NCBI RefSeq assembly: GCF_963853765.1
Contig: NC_088854.1
Location: 3,100,001 to 3,164,000, forward strand
Direction: 5' to 3'
DNA length: 64,000 nt
DNA from: Magallana gigas
Lineage: Eukaryota
Within the stretch, counting starts at the first letter, position 1, and each line of letters starts with the position of its first letter. Positions 37,801 to 49,615 of this stretch are shown piece by piece. A program made the translations under genes and the position numbers. The notes beneath the pieces are model-generated. The model had not been told where the DNA came from and ran no database searches. It saw only the letters and a list, made by a program, of their open reading frames with translations.

Positions 37801-40800
37801 AAAACTATATGTAGCTAATCAACTTTTATGTTGCTATTTAGGATTGGCTGAATGTTGAATTTGCCGGGCTCCCGTCCTTTTTGAACAACGTAAATCTGGG
37901 AAATTTATGGCTGGAAGAAATGGCGGATGCAGCAAAGCTGTGGAAGATTCCGATACAGTATTGTATGTCCAACACACGGCATGCCCTGAAAGCTGTACAA
38001 CTAGATATTGTCACTCAGGTATGTTGTCGTATGTCAAAAGTACAATCCGTAGAACAGTCCAAGTTTAATCGCAAACACTTTTTACAGGATTAGTCGTTAG
38101 ATATAGCAAAGTCAAAATACAGAGTAGATAGGACTCAAGTGAGCAACTTATGTTATCAGCGATACTTCAAATGCACAGCAAGTGATGACGTACAATGTAT
38201 GGCTGGTGGCAGTACTTGTTAATCGGTTAAGCAACAATTGTACTTATGTTTTATTTGTTCAAATAAACTTGTATGTATATAATATGTGGTTTAACTGTTT
38301 CCATAAATCAAAAATCCACTTTCTGAACATTCTATGTATTATTATGTACAAACCAAAAACTTATCTGCATGTACATGTTGGTTTAGAAAAAGGTACAAAA
38401 GGTTTGCCACATGTTCCGTAAGGATATGAGTCAGATTATTGTTGCAGGCCCGGGTGAGCGCGGATTACCACCCCGGACATGACCAGTGGAGGATCGGGGT
38501 CTCCTCCATGCTTGCTGCCGCCATTGGACTCCGCCCGTTCAAGGACACCTTCTGGACCACCACCAATCAGCCCGGCAACAAGTACAGTAGGTGGCGTCTT
38601 AGTCGTCAATATATACAACAGTAGATGGCGTCTTAGTCGTCAATATATACAACAGTAGGTGGCGTCTTAGTCGTCAATATATACAACAGTAGGTGGCGTC
38701 TTAGTCGTCAATATATACAACAGTAGATGGCGTCTTAGTCGTCAATATATACAACAGTAGGTGGCATCTTAGTCGTCAATATATACACCAGTAGGTGGCG
38801 TCTTAGTCGTCAATATATACAACAGTAGGTGGCGTCTTAGTCGTCAATATATACAACAGTAGATGGCGTCTTAGTCGTCAATATATACAACAGTAGGTGG
38901 CATCTTAGTCGTCAATATATACAACAGTAGTTGGCGTCTTAGTCGTCAATATATACACCAGTAGGTGGCGTCTTAGTCGTCAATAAATACAACAGTAGGT
39001 GGCGTCATAGTCGTCAATATATACACCAGTAGGTGGCGTCTTAGTCGTCAATATATACAACAGTAGGTGGCGTCTTAGTCGTCAATATATACAACAGTAG
39101 GTGGCGTCTTAGTCGTCAATATATACAACAGTAGGTGGCGTCTTAGTCGTCAATATATACAACAGTAGGTGGCGTCTTAGTCGTCAATATATACAACAGT
39201 AAGTGGCGTCTTAGTCGTCAATAAATACAACAGTAGGTGGCGTCTTAGTCGTCAATAAATACAACAGTAGGTGGCGTCTTAGTCGTCAATAAATGGGTCC
39301 AAATCAGTGCGGGATGTAAATTTTAAAATGACACAATGCAAGTCAATTACAATTAAGGATCTGTGAGAACAGAGTTTAACAATGAATTGATGCACAGAAG
39401 TTCTTAATGACTGTATGAAGTCTGGCTGGGTAAGAACTGGTCTATGTAATCTTCTCGAAAGTAAGGAAGTTTATTTACTCGCAACATCAACTCCAACTTT
39501 TCTTGTTGAGGGTAGGAAAATATGAAATCACTTCAGAGGGTGAAAAGAATAAAAGATATATGAAATGCATTTGATTTTGCATCACAGGGTCTACTGAACC
39601 GTACCCAGGTTTGAATGCGGTGGTGTCCACCCTCAGTACCGGACCAGTTGGGCCCGGGGATATGGTAGGCGGTTCAAATAGATCCCTTCTAATGAGGTAA
39701 TGTCCTTTTATTGCATTAAATTTGGTTATTAAAGTTCCTTAACAAAATACAAAAGTAATATTGAATGGCATTTATAATACTTTGATCACTTTGCATGGTA
39801 TTTGAGGTGTTGCAACGAAGACGGAATGATTCTGAAGCCATCAACACCAGCAACATCTATAGATCGCCAACTGATCATGGTAATGAAAACCATCTCCAAG
39901 AGAATCGGTTACAGTAAAATACAAGTGTACAACGTTGTTCTATGACAGTGGTCACTTACCCCTTCTCTTTATTAGGCAGCGTCCGGAGCTATGGAGGATA
40001 TGGAGGTCTGGAGCACGTACTCAGCAATGTCTGTGGGAGGTACCGTGAAGTACTTTGGGATGGTTCTCGGGGTAGACACAGCTGGATTTAAACTTCTAAC
40101 CAAAGACTTAAATTTCATGGTAAGATGGAACCTCTAGATGCTCAACAATACGTAAATAGTCTTTTGTAAAATGTCAAAGAATTCAAAAAGTTAATGTACA
40201 TAGCAATTGGTGAGGTTATGATTTTTTTATGATTAGCAATCGGAGAGAAGAGAACTGTTAAAAGTGTTTGTTTTTATAATTCAACAAAATGAATTAATAG
40301 CAATCCAATTACCTTAACACATTTGGACTTTCCAATCTTTGTTAGAACTTTTTAACAAGTTATCCTTATTCCATGATATCATGTTATCCTTGATCGGTGG
40401 ACCATAGCAAATGTGTTGTATATGATAAAAAGGCGGATGCACAGAGGGATGAGTACATCGTATTCGAACACCGCTCACCACAGAGTCACGTGACCTTTAC
40501 CACATCCCTGACGATGCCAAACTGCACTAAAACTAACTTCTGTCTCTATCATTTTATCCCGGAGATGAAGATTGGGTAATCAGTATTATATAATTCGAAT
40601 TGTACCTAATGTTAACCTTCTATAGTTAGACAGCTAAGTCATTTACAAATGCCATATAAGAAAACTCATTAGATTTACCAACACCACCATTGGTCTCCTG
40701 AACATTCATGTACAGAATACTGGCTGAAATATGTACAAGTATTACTTTCATGAAAACCTTTTATACTGTAAACAAATAAACTATAAAATTATTAACTTTG

Positions 40801-41088
40801 ACAAGCTCATCAAAAATCCCTTTTGAAAAAATGGTTTTTATTTTATTGGACAGTAATACTCACACGGTGTTCTTGATGGGAGAGACAGATAAATGGGTGC
40901 CGGTGTCTGAGCAGCGAATCGTGGCCATCACCCCCATACAGAACACCGACATTGTACTCACAGTGGCGGGGGTCCGGGGCGAGACGGTCCGAATTTCCTA
41001 CCTCCTAGACGGAACTCTTCAGACTGTTACCTGTACATTCAAACTAACGTCATCACTTATGCTTTCTATTTCTAATAAATCTTGTTGA
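28849..41088 (+). CDS. Uncharacterised secreted or lysosomal protein, 752 aa, probable (beta/alpha)8 glycoside hydrolase with clan GH-D-like motifs; 17 exons: 28849-28888, 29707-30017, 30205-30365, 30452-30686, 30773-30878, 31188-31284, 37038-37133, 37231-37281, 37383-37473, 37658-37720, 37842-38018, 38448-38586, 39588-39696, 39807-39879, 39976-40119, 40445-40575, 40854-41088
   Basis: All junctions are GT-AG and phase-compatible, totalling 2259 nt with no internal stop. The N-terminus MGFVYQLFAFLVWVQLVRS resembles a signal peptide, and there are several N-X-S/T sites. Motifs are LGYWTDNGAYYYY, YFQFDSWWY, LYEQDWL, RVSADY, PFKDTFW, LSTGPVGPGD, CCNEDGMILKP and GETDKWVPVSEQR. The gene model is strong and the function is inferred. 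The exon 16 acceptor is weak. Confidence 0.85.
29322..29666. mobile_element. Fold-back element with a terminal palindrome (29539-29656), similar in architecture to 6746-7070
   Basis: The arms AATTCAATATTTATTAGTTTTTTACGATATAAAATGGTTTG and CAAACCATTTTATATCGTATAAAACAAATAAATATTGAATT are inverted repeats. A CCAAT-like TTCTGATAGGCT lies near the opposite end. The element ends about 40 bp before the exon 2 acceptor. Confidence 0.6.
31273..36029 (+). repeat. 28/29-bp minisatellite, about 160-165 units (CATCCCATACAG|GTCTGTACCAGATAGAA), the amplified exon 6 donor junction, with 115-bp and 1201-bp higher-order structure
   Basis: The first unit overlaps the last 12 nt of coding exon 6 (codons I-P-Y-R) and its donor. 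The core ACAGGTCTGTAC is nearly invariant. Confidence 0.97.
36104..36875 (+). repeat. 36-bp minisatellite, about 21 units (CTCTCTAGCTATGTTGGTTCAGATAATTCCAGTCAT), resembling the exon 7 acceptor junction
   Basis: Tandem units are directly visible. The first unit, TTCAG ATACTTCCAGT, compares with the true acceptor TTCAG|ATACTTTCAGT at 37033-37048. Confidence 0.95.
38584..39294 (+). repeat. 34-bp minisatellite, about 21 units (ACA|GTAGGTGGCGTCTTAGTCGTCAATATATACA), starting at the exon 12 donor
   Basis: The period of 34 is measured from 38584 to 38618. The first unit contains the functional donor at 38586|38587. Confidence 0.96.
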
Positions 41089-43654
41089 TTCAACATGAGA
41101 ATTTTGATCTATCGTCGATTTTTTTTTTGCAATCTTGCTTACGACAATATAATGATTACATATGAAGCCTAAACGCATTTGCGCATGCATCACAAATGAT
41201 CTTGTTATAAACATAAGAGAAACACGCGGTGCATGTATATTCAACGGCTTCACATTACAAAATTGACTTAACACATGCTTCAATATAAATAGGTTAGCAC
41301 TGGGTAGGAAAAAATATTACCATTTGGAGACAAAATACTAGTACTTGTTTTTCCTTTAAAAAATCTAACATTATGATAATCTTTCATAAACATTTCAAAT
41401 TGAAAAGTGCTATAAAACACGTGACCAAAATCACATTTGTTGGACGTTATATGAAAGGTAAGTGGGGAGTGCATCACCTTATAAATCAACCCGCTCTACC
41501 ACCATTTCAATATCCGGACGTTTCCTTTGGAAACCCGGTTAACAATCTGTATAATAACTCTGTGTAATAACTATGTCTGTTGTTTGATTTATACATTTTA
41601 TCTTATATGCAAAATATAGTAAACAATAATGTTTACGAATGAGAAATTACTTCTTTTTATTAAACAATTGTTCTGCTAATTGCTAGTAACGTACATGTTT
41701 TTACACTTTATATGTGATTTAGTACCAACAATTATTAAATGTAAGAATTTCATTAGCCATCAAATGATTTTGTTGTTTCATGAATATCATTAGAATTTAC
41801 AAATTAAGTTTTGCAACTATCAGACTGTTGAGGATTTCTTTAATTTTCATCCGAAATCTTCATATGGTTACCAGTATATTAAAATCTTGCATAAAACTTC
41901 AAAGAATATTTATGAAAAATCTCTAACGTTACGGATTTTAGAGAGAGCATAATATTCTATGATCCCCAGAAACAGGATTAGAAATTACCAAAACATTTTT
42001 GTAGCTTCTACGACTCCATTTAAAATTTTTCTGGATCAATTTCTTTGACATCGTCATTCACTCAGGTGGATACCAGCCGCAGTGTCTATGCAATAAATTC
42101 CCACAAGACAGGCGCTTGTTTCTATGATAAAGATTCACCCAGTAGTATGATAATAACACTATAAAGTAAACAAACGTTTATTACACAAACAGACGCTTGT
42201 TTAGAATTATCACCGTGCAAAATTCACTGTTCATCAATATATTTTATTTTGGACGTCACTTTTTAAATTCAACATCTGTCTTGTAATATTTTCTCATGGT
42301 TTACAAAGTTACTTATTCTATTAGTGATTGACACCTTACGAACTCTATGTTTGATTCCAAAGAGTGCTATGTCTCAAGAACTGCTATTCTTCTCAGAACA
42401 TTTGCATATTGAATCGAAATCGTGAAGAGACGTTTCCAATTTCCTTCTTTCTTGACACATTAGCGTCTTCACTCATGCTATTTTTTAAATTTTAAATCAT
42501 TCTCAACTTTATACTTTCTCTATTAAAACATACAATTCCATACTGATCTGTGTATTTTTTAAAAGCGTATATTAATCTTAATAGTTAAGTTAGACGCACA
42601 CTGTATGCACACATGTATGTACATGTATAAGGGACACTTCACAAGTAGTTTAATCATGCACCATAATTAATTTCGTTCCAAAAAGTGACTTGTCAAAAAA
42701 GTACATCCTATAAAAAGTATGAAAAATAAAAACAAAACAAAAGTACATCTTTTTATTTCGAAGAAAATTTATTGATAATCTCTAATTTATGAACATTTAA
42801 AATCGTGCAATGCATAAAATATATCATTTATGCTACATCAAACAGAGTAATGTAAAAGAAAGCTAGAGGGTGAAGCACCACGTAGAACTACTGTACAACT
42901 CACATTTCTGTGAACACACATAAAAAACCTAATGCTGCCCAAAAACAATCATCAATTTACTTCTAACTTCTCTCCAGTACCTCTACAGTTTGTAATTATC
43001 CAAATCACCATCGAGCTTCTACTGAAATGTTTTTAGAAGCTTGATTTTTTTGGTTTTTATTTTTTCATGCGAATAATAAAATTTCGATGACAATGTATAT
43101 TATGCAGAGTTCTTTGGAATAAAACAAAATACCAAAGAACCTGCGTAAAGGTCCATTTCGCATCAAATCATTTTGTAGATGCCAATGACAACACAAAAAT
43201 AAAATCATCGGTCGTAAACAATTCTCATTTGATTATCAAATGAAATATTTAATTAATATCACTGCATCTGAGGAAAATAATTGTATAAAAATATCTTTGC
43301 AAAAGCACAACATGTATGATATGACTATATATGTAACAATGGCTGAAGCAGTAAAGTGAAAGGCACGGAAGAAGCACAAACACAAACAAGTATATTAATA
43401 CTTCCAATTACACAAAAACATCTGTAGAAACGACAAAAATTATATCAAAATTTGTTAACAACCGTCTTAACTCGTTATCTAGGTACCCAGTTTATATATT
43501 AATTTAACAAAAACAATGGAATTTCACAACCAAGTTCAGTTTTATTGTAAATGTTAGTTTCGTACAAAATGTTCATGGAATGTAGTCGAAATAAGCAGAA
43601 TTCGATAAGCTGGAATTCACACAACACATAATAGAATCAGCTCTCCTCAAGTGC

Positions 43655-46600
43655 CTAGTTTGTGATGGTCATTTTGAGGGAAGCCTTTTCCTGGAAATTA
43701 AATTTAAAAAAACCATCAGATACACGCATATCATTTGATAGACTTCTCAAATTGAAATCTTAAAGTCTTCAAAGACGAAAAATGTAGAAAATATGAAAAC
43801 ATAACATATGAAAATAAGAAACCAGGAATTTAGAACTGTCAGATTTTGGAATCATTGCGTAATCTTTGGATAATGAAAATAACAAATTCTCGAGACTTAC
43901 GTTATTGTACTCGTCAGTTAACACGTAACTTCCGCCTCCGGCGTGCCAGGTGAAGAAGTCGCAGACGATGTCGCTGTCCGACTGCTTCATGTCTGCAGCG
44001 CCACCACTGAACAGCTGTAAAGAATGAATATGGAAGGTAATCTAGGGTCTTATATTCTAACATTCGTATGCGTATTCCCAATTCCTAACATGTAACTCTT
44101 CACGCAGCTTGAAAGTTCTTATTATTAATAATAAACTAATACATATCCTTGAGTTATATATGTCAGCATCATATATTACTAAATAAATGTAAAACGCGAT
44201 TCCTTTATCAATACCTTGATCTTCTGTCCTGGTCCGAGCTGGAGGTCGTTCTTAAATTCATACGTGCATTTGGTCTTGCCTCCAATTTCGCGCCTAATTT
44301 TCCATCCTTTCAAATTGACCGTCTGAAAAAATGAATTATGCATCCAAAAACTAGAATCATCTATTTATGAAAAAAATCCAAAATAATTCAAACGATCGAA
44401 TAAACAAATAAACAAACAAAAGAAAGAACAAAACTCGAGTATCAAGAGGAGAGTTTTAAAATCAAAATGAATAAACTAGGGAACAAAATAAACATGTAAA
44501 GGGGTTTTATTGTCCATGTTTTGTAGGAAACCACGCCCTGAAATGAACTAAAAAATCACGTGTCTGCTAATTTCTACGAAGTGGAGGATAGAAGAGAGAC
44601 CTCAGCCAGGTAAAAATAGAACGTTAGTCCTAATTGGTGAATGTATATTATGCAGGTAGATGGTGACGTCATGGGAACTGTTAACTCCGTGCCTTACCTT
44701 ATCGCGCGACTGACTGCCCTGATAAATAATGGGTCACTTGTTTAATATACGTAATTGTAATTTTACGTTGGTTAGTCATTCACTCTTTAAGACTGATAAT
44801 TGAATTTTTTTACCTTGTAAAAAAAAAGAAAAGTTGGTCTCTAATATTTTCAAAGAATTTTGGATTTTCTGAGTTAAATATCAAGTCTGCCAATTTTTGT
44901 TTGATAATAATATACACATGAATTAATTTTACGGACACCTATGTGATTCAATTCAAAGACATTTAAAAAGAATGTTATAGAAAAATAAGAGTTTTATATT
45001 TCACGACCTCGAATTCATTGTGAAATAAATAAAAACGTTATTTTATTAGTCCTTTATTTTATGATTGGAATTTGTAAATATTGTGATAAATGTTAAATAC
45101 ATAAACACAAATAACAATGACTGCTATTTAGATCCTAATCCTTGACGATTTACGATGATCTTGGATTGTACCGTAGGGATGAATTTTACATCATTATATT
45201 ATTTAGATATGGATTTAAAAACTAAAACGCAATTCGCACTTACTGACTATTCCAATGGAGAATATAATATTGTAAAAAAAGGTATCCTTAATATCTTTTA
45301 CATGTACTGAAAGACGGACGTAAATTAGACTTCATTTCTTTATTATTTGGATGAATCTACATGTATATCGACTGGAGTTACCTTTCCTTTGACACCGGAA
45401 GTGTTATTTTCGATGCCCACTTGGCTGCCGTCTGGGGCGGCGTCAGAAAAGGCGATGTTTCCGCGGCAAGATCTGTGTACTGTCAGTTTACCAGTAGACT
45501 CGCTGGATCTCAGATCTTGAAAAGAAACAAACAAAAACTCTCCTCTTACAAAACTTGTGTTGATATGTCCAGATTGTGGCCTGTTAGGTTTACGTGCCTT
45601 AGAGGTAAAAAATCACGAAATATAGTGAATATGCGTGTTTTGTTTAGATATATACGTGCCATTAATGTATATAAAACTCGAGTGAAGTTTAAAGTGATAA
45701 TTGGTTTATAAAAAAAAAATTAATTTCCGACAGATTATGAAGGTATAATATTTCGAAATTACATCAAGTTAAAGAGGTTCGTGTATCATAATATTACATG
45801 CTTATATTTTTGACAGGTTTATATTTCATATCATATATTTCATATCATACTATAAAATCTATTCTAAGGTAGCGTTATCCATGCTTAAGATGTCTTCTGT
45901 AGATGGATGCATTCTTTGAGGTTTAAGATCCAAAAATACAAAACCCGAAAGCGATTTGATGCCCCTGAATGATAAACGATGATTGCTTCACATTAGATCT
46001 GCCTCAAGTGCCAGCATTAGAAAACTAACTGCAAAAAGTTTATTCACGCCAGTTGTTAAAACAGTAGACCAAAAGTTCCTTCACCAGCATATCATTAAAA
46101 AAGTCAGCAATACAAGCAAGTCAAAGAAAGTCTCTGAAATAAGAGCATGGTCATATGAAGTGACAGCTGGAGAGATATGTGCTGCAAAGATCAGCAAGTT
46201 GCATGCGTTTTGCGACAACCAAACATCGTTCTGTGAACACTTTGTGATATGAGTATCTGTCAACCACCACTTCCGGTACCTGGTTGTCCATAGTTACTAC
46301 CACCAGTACTGGACAAGCTTGTGTTTGAGTACTGTTGCCCTGATGACTCTTCGTTGTAGCGTGACCCGTAACTGTACGAGGACGAAGAACCTGTGTACGA
46401 TTAAATCTCGTGTAAAAACATTGTTCACCATTTCAAAAAGCCTTTCTTCCGTAGTTGTTAATAAATCCCGGATGCAAGACTATTTCCGTTTTAGCTTCTG
46501 GTCACCTGTATTGCATGCACCAACCTTTACCTTATTTCCATGTTTAGAATTTGTTTTACCCTATATTTGTTATGGCCATCTTTACACCGATCATAGCACT

Positions 46601-49548
46601 AACAAAACATCCCTGTCTAGTAAACCTGTAGTATCATCGACCCTTCACAGGTCAATGAAATACCACCATCATGCAGGATGATTCAGTTGTAACTTCTTGT
46701 TTACAAATGGACTATGGGTTTATTTCTAATTGCTATCAAATAGGAAATATTCTAAAATAGGCAAGGTTGTATCAATTTAAGCTTTCCAGCTAGAAAAGGT
46801 ATACATTTTTTTCAATTTGGTTACGATTGTGTTATTTTTGTCATTTATATAGCATGGGTAACATAAAAAACAACTGTCCACATGTTCCGAAGTCATGCTG
46901 ATGATCTCCTCTCTTGTTAAATGAACATTTTCCGTTACCATGAAAACAAAATTAACCAAAAAAATCTCACACCAATCTTAAGCCATCTCTGACCTTCACA
47001 TGCAGTGATTATAGTTGTATTTTGAGTTAAGATATAGATAGAGAGACAGTTTAGTGCTACCTACAGACTAATGTTAGACTATTAGGAGAAAAAAACTCAG
47101 AAAAATGTTATTATTAACGATCAAAACACACGCGCACATACAGAAAATTGAGAACGATATCTTTTGATGAATAATTTTGAATTAAAGGAATTGCTAGAGT
47201 GGCTTTAACTCAGTAAAAAGACATTTGGAGTATAACTTTAGTCGATATTACAAAGGGAGAGATGGCTTTTAATGATTTTCTGTTGTTAGTGCAATACATT
47301 CCTTATAGTGCACGCTGAGAATTCCGTACACTTGAATGTTATCATATACACAACTACCTATATTATATACATACATAATTATATATATAAACCAATGCAT
47401 ATTAATTATGATATAAGCTTTATTAGCAATAGTTAAAACAATTCATAGCCTACATGTGCCAAATTAAATTGGAATGTATAAAAAGTCAATTCTCACATCT
47501 ATTGTTTTCTACTCTCAAACTAGCGCATAAAGGCTAAAATATACATAGATTTATAAAAAAAGATAAGTTTAAAATGATTGTTCCTTTGAATTCTCTCTTC
47601 AGACAGCAGTGTCATTTTTTGTCACGATACGAAACTTAAAACACATGGCAAGGACCTTTTAGCTCCAAATATAGCAATTTATATAGCTAAGTGATTATCG
47701 CTACAATTTTCTGTATGCATGCACATTGACGCCACAGGAACACGAATTTTTTGTTTTGAATTAGGAGTACTAACTGCTTTTCTGCACAATGTCGGCCAAC
47801 TGGTTGGCTCCCTTGCTCCTGGCACCGCTTGAATTTTCTACAATATTTTTCAAGCTGAAAGAAAAAAGACACCATTTGTGTTATAATCAAAAACACATCA
47901 ACAAAACATTCGTGTTATTCTAAGCAAAACATCAGATTTTATTAAAATAAATCAATATACTTGCGATTGTATCTATTTAAGTCATGTCATGTAAAACATA
48001 CGAGTATAGTATTAAGATTTAATCAGAACATGCCCCTTTATTCTACGCGTCCTTCGGAGCCCCTCGGGAGGCACCATGTCGCACTATACCTGTTCTCCTC
48101 GGTCTCGAGCAGCTTCCTGTAGCAGCTGATCTCCAGCTCCAGGGACAGCTTGGCGTCCTGGAGGACCTGGAGTTCCCGGATGACCTCCTCCAGGCTGTTC
48201 TCCAGGCCGGAGATCCTCTCGGCGTTCTTGTCGTTCTCACGGTCGTGCTCTCTCTGCATGTCGGACATCTCGCTTTCCAGGGCGATGATCTGGTTGCGCA
48301 GTTTGGCGTTCTACACGAGCAATATAAAGCATTTTTTCGATATATCTCCTATTTTGTATATTAAACATGTTCATATTATCAAGTATATGCGAAAAAAGTG
48401 TTTTCTTTGGAATATTCCAAGAATATTCAATCCTCCTTACCTCAGCCTCGAGTTCGGCAAGACGTGGTCCAATATCTCCCATCCTGCTCTTGAGTTTTCT
48501 GGTTTCCTCCTTGGCCTGTTGAGCCTCCATATTGTCTCTGTTGACACCGGCTTGCAGCTCTCTAAGCTAATAGTAAAAGCAAAGACGTGTCAAGCTAATA
48601 CCCCACAGACACAGAACCAAGAGGACAGATTACAGACGCTGTAATGGCGACCGGAACAAGGACCGGAAGCTTACCTGGGACTCCATCCTGCTCTCGCAGT
48701 CCAGCCGGATCTGGTTGATTTGGTTGTCGTACTCCTTCTGTAGCTCGTTGACCGCCTTGGACATCTCTCCCTTCCAGATGTCTCTCATCTCCACACCCTT
48801 GTCTCTGTCGATCAGGGCCTGCAACTCCTTGATCTCCTGCAGAAAGGAAAGCGTGGAACAGTGAGACTTATGCCATCATAGGATTGTAATGGTAATCATT
48901 TGTAGGACACTCAGTGTGCTGAAGAATTGTAAAATGCTTGTACATACCGCATCGGCAACGTTGAGTCTGAATGTGAGATCTTCCTCAACAGCCTGTGCCT
49001 TGCATTCAGCCTCAATTCTCTTTCTTGTCTCTTCATCCAAGTCCTACAAAACCAATTCAAATTGAAGAATATTTTATATTTCACTGATATCTCTTTTGAA
49101 AGTACATATTCAGGCTGTTACTAAGATTATGCTAACAGCATTGTAAAGATGTACTTACGGCTCTGAGACGAGCGATGTCGTCCTGCAGGCGTTTGTTGGT
49201 TGCCCTCTGCTTGCTGACTTCATCCTCCAGACCACCGATTCTTCCTCTCAGGGTGGCGATTTCTCCCTCGTACTCTCCGATCTGATCGTTCAAGCGATCC
49301 AATTTGTTCCTAAGTTCGGCACACTCCTTCTCGCTTGCAAGGCGTCTAAAATAATAGGTAAATTAAGAATTAAGTAACGGTATCTCCACGACCAATTGTA
49401 ACTTTGTTAAAGAAGACTGAACTGATTACTAAAGGCAACGCATCCAGATTTCCAACTTATTATTCTATAAAACTATGATTTTAATGATCAGCCATATAAT
49501 ATGCATAAAAATAATCTTTGATTATACCTAGAACAAAAAAAGAAGTTC

Positions 49549-49615
<67 letters not shown>

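Noticed and set aside
31273-39294. CRISPR-like appearance of the arrays (constant core plus variable segment)
   Set aside because: The variable parts are point variants of one sequence, not unique spacers. There are no cas genes and the context is eukaryotic.
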